64,000 nt of DNA, taken from contig OZ360247.1 of the NCBI GenBank assembly GCA_977017645.1, forward strand, positions 33,480,001-33,544,000, read 5' to 3'. This stretch comes from Torpedo marmorata (Eukaryota). The notes under the pieces were generated by a model. That model saw only the letters and a program-made list of their open reading frames with translations. It had not been told where the DNA came from and ran no database searches. Of this stretch, positions 50,967-62,945 are shown piece after piece. Within the stretch, counting starts at the first letter, position 1. Each line of letters starts with the position of its first letter. Both the position numbers and the translations under genes were made by a program.

Positions 50967-51608
50967 GTAAAAACACACAGAAATGCTGGAGGAACTCAGC
51001 TGGTCTCGCAGTGTCCATAGGAGGTAAAGATAAATAACTGACATTTCGGACCTGAGCCCTTCTTCAAAGTATAAGTAAAAAACAGGAGGGCATCTGAATA
51101 AAGACTGGGGAGAGAAAGGGGGAGGAATGGGAGGGGGAGGAGTACAGACAAAAGGTGTTAATTGAATATGATAAGAGGAAAAGTGAGAATTGATTTTGGC
51201 TCTGAGAAAGGAGACAGAGGGAAAGGGGAGAGAGAGAGAGAGATAGAGAGAGAGCTGGGGAGGAAGAAGGGGAGGGGGGTTTAAAGAAATTGGAGAAGTC
51301 AATGTTAATGTCATCCGGTTAGAGGGTGCCCAGACAGATGAGGTGTTGTTTCTCCAATTTACGGGTGGTCTCAGTCTGGCAGTCCATGAGACCATGGACA
51401 GACGTGTCAGCAAGGGAATGGGACGGGGAATTGAAATGGGGAATTATTCAGATACCTTCCTGTTTTTTTGCTTATACCTTGAAGAAGGGCTCAGGTCCGA
51501 AACTTCGATAATATATCTTTAGCTCCCGTGGACACTGCGAGACCGGCTGAGTTCCTACAACATTTCTGTGTACAATCACAGCATCTGCAGACTTTTGTGT
51601 TTCACTCT
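50967..51608. mobile_element. Penelope-derived inverted element with GIY-YIG C-terminal remnant and hammerhead motifs
   Basis: Minus strand encodes SVHGLMDCQTETTRKLEKQHLICLGTLQP-like sequence. Inverted arms. TSD ACACATTTAA at 50957 and 51609. Confidence 0.85.
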
Positions 51609-51961
51609 ACACATTTAAATGCAGTACCCACTTTGTTGCTTGCTGGATTGAATGTCACTCTTTTTGCTTTGACAATTGATGGTATTTAATGAATAATCTA
51701 ACCTAACATTATTCCCTTCACAATAGTTGTGTTTACCTGTGCCATCAAATACACACCAAAGGACTCAAAATAGAACATGCATTAATATTTCAATATTAGC
51801 TGAACTAATGTTTCTGATCTAAATGAATAAGAAGATGTGGTAAATTGTTCACATTTTTAATATTCCCTGTAATTTGTCTTCTTGCATTATTAAATTTTAG
51901 TCTCCTGTGGTACTACTGAGTCCATATGTTGGTGGACATTCTTGCTCCATAACTATTACTA

Positions 51962-52459
51962 CAGTAAAAGTCCAAAAATCTGGATCCTAGAAATCCGGAC
52001 GAAGGGAGAATCCAGACTCTCAAACTTTTTTAATTTAGTTGTCTTTTATGTGTGTGCGTGCGTGCGTGCATGCGTGCGTGTATAAGCGCCACAGACGCAC
52101 AGCGGCGGCAAACGACCACGCTTAATACAGATAATCTTATCACAAAGAAATTCATTTGTATACTGTATTTTTCTTAAACAATGTTCATTTTTAAATATAA
52201 TTTCAAGCATTACATGCTCTTTTTTGTAGTGGAAAAATTTTATGTTTACATTTTTATCAAGTCTTGACTTTATTTTTCTTTACAATTGTTTGTTTTAATG
52301 CTGTGTTTGCTAATGAATAAACTATCAAAATTTACCTGTTCGTATCTTATTTATTCCTCCTTAAATTAGAATTTTAAAAGTACTGCCCGAGAATCTAGAA
52401 ATTGTGAAAATCCAGATCGACCCAATCTCCGAGCAGTCTGGATTTTATGACTTTCACTG
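51962..52459. mobile_element. Tigger/pogo-like MITE
   Basis: TA|CAGTAAAAGTCCAAAAATCTGGA ... TCTGGATTTTATGACTTTCACTG|TA. Confidence 0.75.
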
Positions 52460-52639
52460 TAGCTGGATCATGCTGGGAGTTCCATCTGGTGCTCATGCTA
52501 CCAAAACCAAAATGACTTTAGATTCGGAGAGCTGAACCTGGCTGTGGACTTGGCATTGGTACTCACACAGGACCCATTAACAAGGCCCACTCCATCTGGA
52601 ATCTGTCAGCATTGCTCTGGGAAAACAGCCTCTCAGATC

Positions 52640-54115
52640 AGATTGGAAGGAAAAATGGAAGATCAGGTTATTACTTAAATGGCAAGCGATTGCCGCATGC
52701 TGCCGTGCAGAAGGACTTGGGAGTGCTTGTGCATGAATTGCAAAAGATTGGTTTGCAGGTGCAGCAGGCTATCAAGAAGGCAAATGGAATGTTGCCCTTC
52801 ATTGCTAGAGGGATTAAATTTAGCAGCAAGGAGGTTATGCTGCAACTGTACAAGGTACCAGTTAGGCAGCATCTGGAGTATTGGGTGCAGTTCTGGTCTC
52901 CTTACTTGAGGAACGATGTACTGGCTTTGGAGGCTGTCCAGAGGAGGTTTACCAGGTTGATTCCAGAGATGAGGGGGTGAGCCTATGAGGAGAGATTGAG
53001 TCGTCTGTAGCTGTTGTCACTTGAATTTAGAAGAATGAGAGGGGATCTTATAGAAACGTATAAAATTATGAAAGGCATAGATAAGAGAGAGGTAGGTAAG
53101 TTGTTCCCATTGGTGGAGGAGACTAGAACTAGGGAACATAGCATCAAGATCCAGGGTAATAAATTTAGGACGGAGATGAGGAGGAACTGCTTTTCACAGA
53201 GGGTGGTGAATCTATGGAATTCGCTGCCCATTGAAACAATGGGGTTTACCTCAGTAAATATATTTAAAACAAGGTTGGGTAGATTTTTACAAAGATGGGG
53301 AATTAAGGGATATAGGGAAAAGACAGGTAGGTGGATATTTCAGATTTATTGTCAGAGTACATACATGACATCACATACAACCCTGAGATTCTTTTCCTGC
53401 GGGCGAGGCAGAATTACCACTTATTGGTAGTACAAAAAAAACTGTACACAAAGTACACATTTAAACAAATAAAGAACTGTAAACAGATAACGGATGTAAA
53501 TAAACTGACTGTGCAATACAGAGAGAATTTTAAAAAATCAATAATGTGCACAAGTAAGAGTCCTTCATTGAGTCCCTGATTGACTTTGTTGTTGAGGAGA
53601 CTGATTGTGTAGGGGTAGCAGCTGTTCCTGAACCTGGTGGTGCGAGTCTTGTGGCACCTATACCTCTTTCCTGATGGCAGCAGCGAGAACAGAGTGTGCT
53701 GGGTGGTGTGGATCCTTGATGATTGCTGCTGCTCTCCGACGACAGCGTTCCCTGTAGATGTTCTCGATAGTGGGAGGGTTTTGCCTGTGATATCCTGGGC
53801 TGTGTCCACTACCTTTTGCAGGGCTTTACGCTCAGGAGAATTGGTGTCCCCATACCAGACCGTAATGCAGCTGGTCAGCACACTTTCCACCACATATCTG
53901 CAGAAATTTGCCAGGGTTGCTGGTGTCATACCAAACCTCCGCAAACTCCTGAGGAAGTAAAGGCACTAACGTGCTTTCTTCACGATGCCATTAGTGTGTT
54001 GGGTCCAGGAAAGAAATTAGCCTATCATCAGATCAGCCATGATTTCATTGAATGGCGGAGTAGGCTCGACGGGCCGGATGACCTACTCCTGCTCCTATTT
54101 CTTATGTTCTTATGT
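52640..54115 (+). mobile_element. CR1 LINE 3' fragment interrupted by a Rex1-like insertion
   Basis: YYLNG...QKDLGVLV...HLEYWVQFWSPY...RGDLIETYKIMKG. The tail resumes at ~54015 and ends (TTCTTATG)n. Confidence 0.88.
53337..54010 (-). mobile_element. Rex1/Babar-like LINE 3' fragment
   Basis: RRFGMTPATLANFCRYVVESVLTSCITVWYG...LLPSGKRYRCHKTRTTRFRNSCYP. Confidence 0.9.
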
Positions 54116-54404
54116 TCAATTTGATTCTAAAATAAAGAATTGGGAGGCAAAAAGCAAGGCAAGTTACCCGTTTCAAATTATTTTGCTTTAGTTTAATGTT
54201 ACCAATTATTTGCATATTTTGTTTTTAGTTTTTTTCCAACAAATATTAGTAATTTTGATTGTTTATTCGTTTTTAGCATTTAAATGTTTCAGAATGTCAA
54301 AGTCATTTAAGAAGCCAAATCTCATTCTCAGCCTCTCTGGCTGTCACACCCGTCAGAGTGTTCTGAGGATGTGGCTGCCACATAACCCTGCCCACATGAC
54401 ATAC

Positions 54405-54750
54405 AGTGAAACAAGGAAATCTGCAGATGCTGGGATTGAGTGCAATATACAAATGTGCTGGAGAATCTCAGCAGTGACCAACAGCCAATGCCGCGCATGT
54501 ACCCGAGATCCTCGTGGGTGCCAAACTGGGAGGTCTGGAAAAAGAGCTGGAAACCACATGGTAGAAGATGCCGCAGAGACAAGTAGCCAGGAAGGACACG
54601 TGGCTGTGGAAGTAAGTCTGGGTGATCACATAGTCGTAGAGCTTGGGAGCAGCAGAGATATCAGAGCAGTGAGGGTGAATCTCACAGAGAGCAACACTTT
54701 CTGTGGATGTTGCGTGACTTGCTGAGTTTCTCCAGCACATTGGTGTATTT
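54405..54750. mobile_element. Diverged Penelope-type inverted-repeat element with an atypical interior
   Basis: AATGTGCTGGAGAATCTCAGCA / TGCTGAGTTTCTCCAGCACATT arms and family terminus TCTGCAGATGCTG. Confidence 0.6.
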
Positions 54751-55130
54751 CCCATGTAATATACAGTCCATTCAGTTGGATTCTGGCATACAGTCTAGGT
54801 TAGTCCCTGTTTTCTTTTTTTTTGGGGGGGGAGAAGTGGGAAGAACCCATAGTCAGAGAATGTAAAGGGCTTAGATGAGGTGGATGGACCGAAATCAACA
54901 AGATTCAACCCCCATATCTTACAGTTTAAGTGTAATGCTGATTAATGAATTATGAACTTACTGTTACTTGTAGAAACCTTCATCAGGAATGAATATTAGG
55001 CTCAAACACTGTTGAACCATGGAACTATATTGGCTCATAACAAAGTGGGAGGTAACAAGTGGTTTCCAGTCAATGCAATTACTGGAATTCCTGAACAAAT
55101 AACCAATTGAGCTGGTTTGCTTTGTTGCTT

Positions 55131-57270
55131 TCTTTTCTTTTTAAAATAATTTTATTAATTTTAATAAAGATCTTATAATAATAATACAATACAATGAGAT
55201 GATATGAAGTTACACATAATTAATAAAACAATCAGTATATCAAAAACAGACATAAATTATAAAACATATCCACAATTTGTAAACTAGATAATATTTTTTT
55301 AGAAAAAAAGAACTCATAATAAAAAAGGAAAAAAGAAGTAAGAGAAAAAAAAAGAAAAATAATAATGAAAAAAAGGAAGAAAACAGAAGAAAAAAACAGT
55401 ACCCCTCTCTAACAGCATTGCCAGATGCTGAATATGATTAGCATTAAAAGAAAACCAAAGGGAGAAAAAAAAGACAATATGGAAAAGACATAAGTCAGAC
55501 AATTCAATTACATTAAAGTAAAATTATAAGCTAAGAAAGTGTGTCATAAATAACCCCCACAACATCTGGAATCTTATATCTGAATTATTAACTCAACTAA
55601 GGAAATTAGTAGAATTAGCCATGATCATTCAGTTATAAAAAATAAATGCTAACAGTAATACTAATTTCAAAACATTCCAGTGCGCAGGTGCAGAGCCGAG
55701 TTCGTGCAACATGCACAACAACCTCCGGCCTGCAGATGGCCCTGCTAGACCAAAAAGTACAACTCCAAAATCTGTAACTGAAAAAAACGTAACAATGAAG
55801 CACCCTGGCAACGCAAAACAAAAACACGTATGAACCCACCCCCCCCATCCCCTCCAGACCCGCCCCCCCAAGGCTGCCGAATAGACCAAAAGCATGCTAA
55901 TTATAAATCTAGAAACCCACTATCTTCCAGTGGAGATTAGATGTTCTGCTCAAAAGCAAAATAATAAACATTACCCCTGCAGCAGTTCATACCAGACTAA
56001 AAGAAGTCATGTTTAGTCTAAATCACAATACACATCAAGAAAAGGTTTGAAGACTTCTCATAAAGTTTTAAAAAGTCTATTACAGGATTTAAAAAAATTA
56101 TCCCATTTTGATAGAAAAGTTTTAACCGTAAATACAATCAAAGTGTGTCGATTTCTTTCCCTTCAACCGCTCCAAATTAAATCGACTCACAATTGCAATG
56201 CTTTCCCTGTGAAAGCCTTAAAAACAAATGAATGAATCTCTAAAATATAAAAGTTCAATCATCGGTCCAAAACAACAATTCAATAGAAAAAGGAAAGAGA
56301 AAATGTCATTCAAGACTTAGAGCGGGAGGTTTGCGAGTGTACTCCCAAGCCTCGTCGACTGTACGAAACCATTTCTTGTTCCCGCTGGGAAGAGAGATGC
56401 GAAGACATGCTGGAAACAGCAATGAAGGCTTACACCTACGCTTGAATAGCTCCGACATAACTTCCCTGTAAACGGCCTGTTGCTTCATAACTTCGGGAGA
56501 GTAATCTTCCACGATTCTAAATTGTTTGCCGTGTTATTGCAAAGTACCTTTACGACGGGATTCACGGATCAGCAGTTCCTTCGTTTGATAGTGATGTAGG
56601 CGTATGACCACTGAACATGGTTTTTGCCCCAGTTTAGGTTTAGGCAAAAGTGAACGATGCGCTCTATCAAGCTCCGGTGGTGTCAGAAACATCTCTTCCC
56701 CAAACACCGTTACCAGCAGGTCAGAAAAAAATTTAGTAAGCGTACCAACTTCGGTATCTTCTGCCAAGCCCACGATGCGCAGGTTCTGCCGTCTACTTTG
56801 ACTTTCCAAATCGATAATTTTCGCCGTTAACTTCTCGTTATTATCTTCCAGGTGACAAACCCGGTCGCTCAAATCCTTTAAAATAGATTCTGCCGAGGTC
56901 AACCGCTCACCATGTTTGTCAATAGAACGACAGACCTGTGCAAGTTGATTTTCCAATGCCAAAAACCTAGCATTTAGAACTTTAAATTCTTCAGCGATCA
57001 ACTTTTTGACCTGCTCAAGTGCTTCAAAGAAGCCCTTAGTAGTCGGGTTTGCCGGTGGATTAGACGGAGTTTCATGTTTCTTTCCATTTTTTCCATTTTT
57101 TCTGACCTTGCCACTCCTTGTATCCATTTCAACTTAGATACAAACACAAAATATAAAATTCGACACCTCTTTGAAAGTTTTAGAAAGGTAAACAGGGGAA
57201 AAAGGAATACTGATAGTACAGAGCTGTGATAGAGACGACTACTCCATATCACATCCAACCGGAAGTCCCC
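55131..57270 (-). mobile_element. Full-length ORF1-only L1 derivative (HAL1-like)
   Basis: 5' end GGGGACTTCCGG, then ORF1, a collapsed ORF2 and an A-rich tail. TSD TTTGTTGCTT at 55121-55130 and 57271-57280. Confidence 0.88.
56306..57127 (-). pseudogene. L1 ORF1p (coiled coil, RRM, CTD) with one in-frame stop at 56534-56536
   Basis: LESQSRRQNLRIVGLAE, ELDRAHRS, GTLQ*HGKQFRIVEDYSPEV, LLFPACLRI. Confidence 0.9.
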
Positions 57271-57984
57271 TTTGTTGCTTAACAGAGCAAAGTTGGTCAG
57301 GATAGTGGGGGGAGCTCTACATTCTTCAGGCCGTTCCTTGAGATGTTTTGTGTCCAGTTTATTCTATAGGCTCATTAAACCAAGAGTTCCTCCATGATTG
57401 AGAATATTGATGTGATGGACATACACATTCTTTAGTCTTTTTACACATTGCATTTTATGCCTGAGGCAACCTTGAAGAATTCCACTTCTATCCCCTTAAA
57501 CCCAGCCACCATTTCCCCATGTCACATAAATTGTTCTCTTCAATGGAGTTGTGATTCTTCCCCTGCTGAATGCCTTCAAATCCCTCCCAGCATATTCATC
57601 CATCAAACATCCTAGTCCTACCACTATATCGTGTCAATTAATTATTCCAGTGAGCATGTTACCTTTCCCTCAGCAATCATTACTCTCTCAAGTATAATCC
57701 ATACTGAAGTTGTCAAAAATCTGCTGCGAACTTCTCTGGGGATCTTTTCTTGACATGTGTTTTTCAGTTACTGTGCAGTGATCTTTCTCACTTCTGCACA
57801 CACAACAGATGGTGCTCTGAAGATAATACTGTAATGCCAAGAGTTTGTAGCTGACAGCATTGGTAAACTGTTACAATGATACCAAGTGCTAACTTCTAGA
57901 ATTACAACATACCTTTTGGTTTGAACCATCCAACACAACGTCTTCCTGCCACTCACTGTTTTCCTCTGTGAAACTCTGTGAACT

Positions 57985-60424
57985 TTTCTTTTTTTTTTAT
58001 ATTTTATTTTAAGTTTTGAATTTTCTCACAGTAGTACAACATACGTAATATACATTATTAATTCCAGTAAATAAAAAACATAATATGTATTACAGTGTAT
58101 CTAACCCATCCCTTAACCCACCCTCTATAATGTTGCTACCCCACCCTCCACCCTTCCCCTCCCTTTAATTCCCTCCCCTTACTAAAATCTAAAAGAAAAG
58201 AACAGAAAGGAAGGCATTGGTATTACTTATTAAAAAAGCATCTGCACGGATCGCTGCTGGGTCCACGATTTGATGCGTGGCATTCAACAATTTTTCTTCT
58301 TTAACTTTGAGAGAGTCACCAGGGTCTAGGATGTAGAGCAACACATTTAAATATTCATACCTAATGATTGGATATATGGACGCCAAATTTGCAAAAATAT
58401 CCCATATTTGTTTCTCATATTATATGTTATTTTTTCCAATGGAATTCAACTCCGCATCTCTATATTCCATCTATCCATGCCTAAATTTGTATCTGATTTC
58501 CAAGTTACTGCTATACACTTCCTTGCTACTGCTAAAACAATTTTTACAAGTTTCAATTGATATGTAGATAACTTCAACTTTGGTCTAGTTCCTTCCACAT
58601 TCCCTAATAAAAATAAATCAGGATTCTGTGGAAATGTAACACCTGCAATTTGTTTTAACCGGTTCCCAAACTCTGTCCAAAAACATTTTACTTTAGGGCA
58701 TAACCATGTTGAATGTAGAAAGCTTCCCTCCTCTTCACCACATCTAAAACACTTATTTGATAATGTAGATTTTATCTTATTCAATTTCTGTGGTGTAAGA
58801 TATAGTTGATGTAAAAAATTATACTGTACAAATCTATATCTTACATTAATAGTATTGGTCATACTATCTTGACATAATCCGACCATCTTTTTTCATCAAT
58901 TATAACATTAAGATCTTGCTCCCATCTTTGTCTAGATTTATGAAGTCCTTGTTTTAAAACTCCCCTTTGTAACAAAGAATATATTATAGAAGTAAATTTT
59001 TTAATATTTCCTTTCCTAATAAGGGTTTCTACCTCACTACAATCTTGTAACAACATATCCGGACCTAGTTTCTCCCTTAACTAACCTCTTAATTGAAAAT
59101 AACAAAAAAGAGTATTATTGGGTATTCCATATTTGTTTCGTAATTGTGTAAACGACATCAATTGGTTCCCTTCATAACAATCTTCTATCTTCTTTATTCC
59201 TTTCTGTGACCATATGTTTAAAAATTGATTATCTTTTGTAAAAGGTATAAGATTATTCTGTATCAATGACGTTTTAGGTGATATAGTTCCTTTCATCCCT
59301 ATCTCATCATTAATCTTGTTCCAAGCAATAATCAAATGTTTTAGTAACAGTGTTTCTTTAACACCTGTCAATAATTTTGAAAACCATGGCCGCGCTGCCG
59401 GAGCCGCTGTAGCGGCAGCGCTGCCGCTGGTGCGGACCCGCGAGGAGCGTGGGAGCGGAGATACAGCGCTCCCGCGGGGTCCAGCCGCCCAGTCGACTGC
59501 CGTCGGTTCCGCACGGGCTTTGAACAGCCCGTTAAAGGAGCCGACGGTGGTTTTATTTAAGATCCCGCGACCGCGGGGTCTGCGCCCAAGATGGCAGCGC
59601 CTATTAACCGGCAGCAGCCACGAGGGGCTGCAGACTCCGGGGAAGCGGAGGACTGGAGCAGGGCACCAAATGGACGGGAAGATCACCCCCGTCTGAGAAG
59701 GAGAAGCGGAGGAGACGACCCACGGGACGGTGACCAGGGCGGTGGACCGGTGAGGGGCTCTGAGGCTGAAGGACCAGTGCATGCGGCGGGCTGCTGGCGA
59801 CTCGAGGCGAGGAACCCGCGGAGGCTGTGGGCTGCTGGAGACTGCTGTCGGGGGACTCACGACGGGCTGCGGACTGCTGGAGGTTGGCTCGAACTGGCTG
59901 GAGGAGTACCAAGTATCGGAACCGGGATGTGAGGGGGTGCCGAGGGCGACATGACCGTGTTGGAGGTTCGGATCTGGAGCTCGGGATGCCGATCGTTTGG
60001 ACTGGACTCTGTGTGGCTGCGGAAGCGCTGGAGGCGAATCTATGGACACTTGGTGACTCTGGGGGGACTCTATTTTGCTTCTCTTTCTCTGCCTGTAAGG
60101 AATGTTAGAGGCGCCTAGGCAGTTTCTGCCGATGGCGAATCTGTCTGCCTTGGAGCAGGCAAAAAGAAATTTCGTGGTATATGACACTGTCGTATTGCTG
60201 TGACAATAAATTGAATCTTGAATCTTGAATCTTGAATCTTGATCTTGAATATATAAATTCTTCTGGTACCTTTTCTCCTATTTCTCCAAGCTCTATTCCA
60301 ACCCATGCAGGTCTTCCTTCACTTTCAAAAAAAGAAGTAACAAATCTCATTTGTGCCGCTCGGTAATAATTTTTAAAATTAGGGAGTTGTAAACCTCCCA
60401 ATTCGTATTTCCATGTTAACTTTT
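57985..60424 (-). mobile_element. 5'-truncated L1-clade LINE with frameshifts, interrupted by CpG-rich retroposon copy 3
   Basis: KLTWKYELGGLQLPNFKNYY...CFRC...HSTWLC. G-rich 3' UTR and T-tract at the left. Confidence 0.9.
59386..60249 (+). mobile_element. CpG-rich non-autonomous retroposon, copy 3
   Basis: Starts ATGGCCGCG and ends GACAATAAATTGAA(TCTTGAA)n. Splits the L1 ORF2 between EEFIY and WFSKLL. Confidence 0.9.
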
Positions 60425-60544
60425 GACTGCTGTCACTGTTAAAGTTCACCTGAAAACACTTGACAAACGAACACAAATACAGCTGCTTTGCAAAGCTTGA
60501 GAACTCCATTACAGCAAGAGGTACTGCCACCTGCAGCTGTTAAG

Positions 60545-60840
60545 TTAAGTCAAGTTTATTGTCATCTGATTATACAAGTACAACCCGACGAAACAACATT
60601 CTCCAGTCCTCGGTGCAAAACACACAGGCATGCAACCAAACATAACTCACATACAGACAAACAATACATATGCAGGACAAGTATTCCTTTGGTCATTCAG
60701 CATTCTCACTGCCCATGGGAAGAAGTTGTTCATCAGCCTGGTGGTGCTGGCTCTGATACTCCTGTATCTCATCCCTGACGGGAGCAGCTGAAAGATGCTG
60801 TGTGCGGGGTGGAAGGGGTCCTCAATGATTTTGCATGCCC
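60545..60840 (-). mobile_element. Rex1/Babar-like LINE 3' end
   Basis: KIIEDPFHPAHSIFQLLPSGMRYRSIRASTTRL. Confidence 0.85.
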
Positions 60841-61813
60841 ACAAGAGAGTTTGCCTTGTGGCTCACTGGTTGCATATTTGTACAGATAAATTTTTTGTTT
60901 TCAAGATCATTCGAAGAGACTTCTCCATACAGTACATGTTTCTTAGAATTCTCTTGAGATTCGTTAATTAGGGTCGTGTCCCTTACCCAATGGTTAATAG
61001 TCTTTCACTGTCTTTGCCAAATATGGGGATGTTGTTATTCTTCATAATCAGCTTTAACCTTGCTGAATTATCAAAAGATACCATGGAATGTTCTCTGCTT
61101 TCTTATTTTGATTACTACTTTAAAACTTACATTCTCATCACAAAGTGTCTGAAGTTCACAGATTTTTGATGGCACTCTGGAGACATAGCACCCCTTTGGT
61201 TTGGCAGGGATATCCCATGACTGGCCAATTATATTCCATTTACACGGAGCCATTCTTGTGTCTTCTTCAGAAGCTGATGGGTCTGGCCCCGTGCTGGTCA
61301 AGCTTGGTGGTCACCAACTTTGCTTAGGCCAATGATGTGCTCCACGCAAACGTCAGCAGGATTTTTCCACTGTGTCCTCCATGGATCAATAGTGAGAAAT
61401 CTTCCAGAATGCTGGGAGGCCCATAGTGAGTAGATAACCCTTGCTAGTCGAGTTGAGATCAGTTGAGAGGGGCATGCACTCCTCTATTTTTGAGTCTACC
61501 TGAATCCCATCTGGCAAACTCACAAGTAGTAAATAAACCCACAGTTCTGGCAGTCGATAGGACTGCTCCAAATGCTTCCAAACAGGGGCTGAAGACTGGT
61601 GATAAACCAACTCACGTCCTCCATGCTGTGGTACCAGTTGGTGACTTTAGTCCCATCCTCTGCTTTTGCCACCAAGATCAATGATTACTTCTGCAGCAGG
61701 AGGAAACACAAAGCCCTTGCAGTGGTTCCGAGTCTCCTTATCAAGGAGGTTGGTTATTTGTTGGTGTATGTCCCAACCTAGGTTCCAATTCTCCATCTGA
61801 GGTCTGTGTAGAG

Positions 61814-62190
61814 CAAGGGTTGCCAAACCTTTTTGGTTGTGGGCCACATACAGAAAAATATAAGGAGTCATGTTAATATTAAGCCCGGCAGTTTTCAACC
61901 AGTTACTCTGCAAGATAAACGATGTTTTTAGACCAACTTTTTTTTTAAACTGTGGTAAATGATTTTTTTAACTGAAGTAAATGTTTTTTTAACTGAGGTA
62001 AACATTTTCATCGCTGAGTAACATTGCAACAGTTGGTCTTGTAGTTGTTCAAAATGGCAGCGGCATCTAGTGTTGAAACTAAGAAGTGCAATGTACATAC
62101 AGTACAATTAATTGTTAGAGACTTGTTATTGTTCAATAGGCCACTTAAAAATGGGCATTTAGCCTGCGGGCCATAGTTTGACCACCACTG
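61814..62190. mobile_element. hAT-Charlie-like non-autonomous DNA transposon
   Basis: Ends CAAGGGTTGCCAAAC...GGGCCACA and GCGGGCCATAGTTTGACCACCACTG. The 8-bp TSD is only partly matched. Confidence 0.55.
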
Positions 62191-62604
62191 GTGAGGTGCA
62201 TTGCAAGTAGAGCATTGTGTGTACATTTTTTCTCTTGCGGAGGCACTGCCTTCAGGAAGACAGGCAACTCCTATTGGCACCTGTTAGCTATATCTCTCTG
62301 AAGGAGTTGCTTAATTTTTACCAGGAGCTTTACAGGATCTGGGACATTGAGTCAGATGGTCCCCCAGCTGAAGGAGCCCCTGGCTGTCAGGGTAGCTGGA
62401 TCTGGGCTTGGGCTCGATGATGTAGCATGTTGCACAACACAAAGGCTGATGGCAAAATCTCCAGCAGCCCCATCTACTGTGGCTCACTAGCCAGAAGCAA
62501 TCCCAACCAAGCTGGAAACAGCTCAGCCAAATTGCTCAATAGTTCCAGGCCACAAAACCCCCTGAGTACCTTCGCTCTGTCCACATCAGTGACAGGGATC
62601 TCCC

Positions 62605-62945
62605 AGTGGCCACCATTTCAATTCTGCGCCCCACTCACCCGTTGACATGTCTGTCCATGGCCTCATATACTGCCAAACCAAGACCTCCCGTAAATTGGAG
62701 GAGCAACACCTAATATTCCGTCTGGGCACACTTCAAACGGATGGCATTAACATCGACTCTCCGGTTTCTGCTAGCCTCCTCCCCATTCTCCCTCTCTTCC
62801 CCATCCCTTTGTCTTCTTTCCTCCAGCTCTCCAGCCCCTTCCCTCTCCTTTCACAGAGCCGTTCCCCCTCCCCCTGTTTGCTGGTGTGCCCTCCCTCCCT
62901 TATCCACCTGCCTGTGGGACTGTGCTCCTCCCACCCCCACCATTT
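62605..62945 (+). mobile_element. Penelope-like element, GIY-YIG C-terminus and pyrimidine-rich 3' region, cut by an L1
   Basis: VATISIL...DMSVHGLIYCQTKTSRKLEEQHLIFRLGTLQTDGINID. Confidence 0.8.

Noticed and set aside
57768-57956. Minus-strand ORF with faint resemblance to a PDK C-terminal exon (PDK2 neighbours SAMD14 in mammals)
   Set aside because: Similarity is limited to LP...W-HY, the conserved residues are absent, and no further PDK exons were seen.
60840-61800. Possible highly degenerate RTE-like LINE (KHVLYGEV on the minus strand)
   Set aside because: Only one weak motif, too decayed to call without an alignment.
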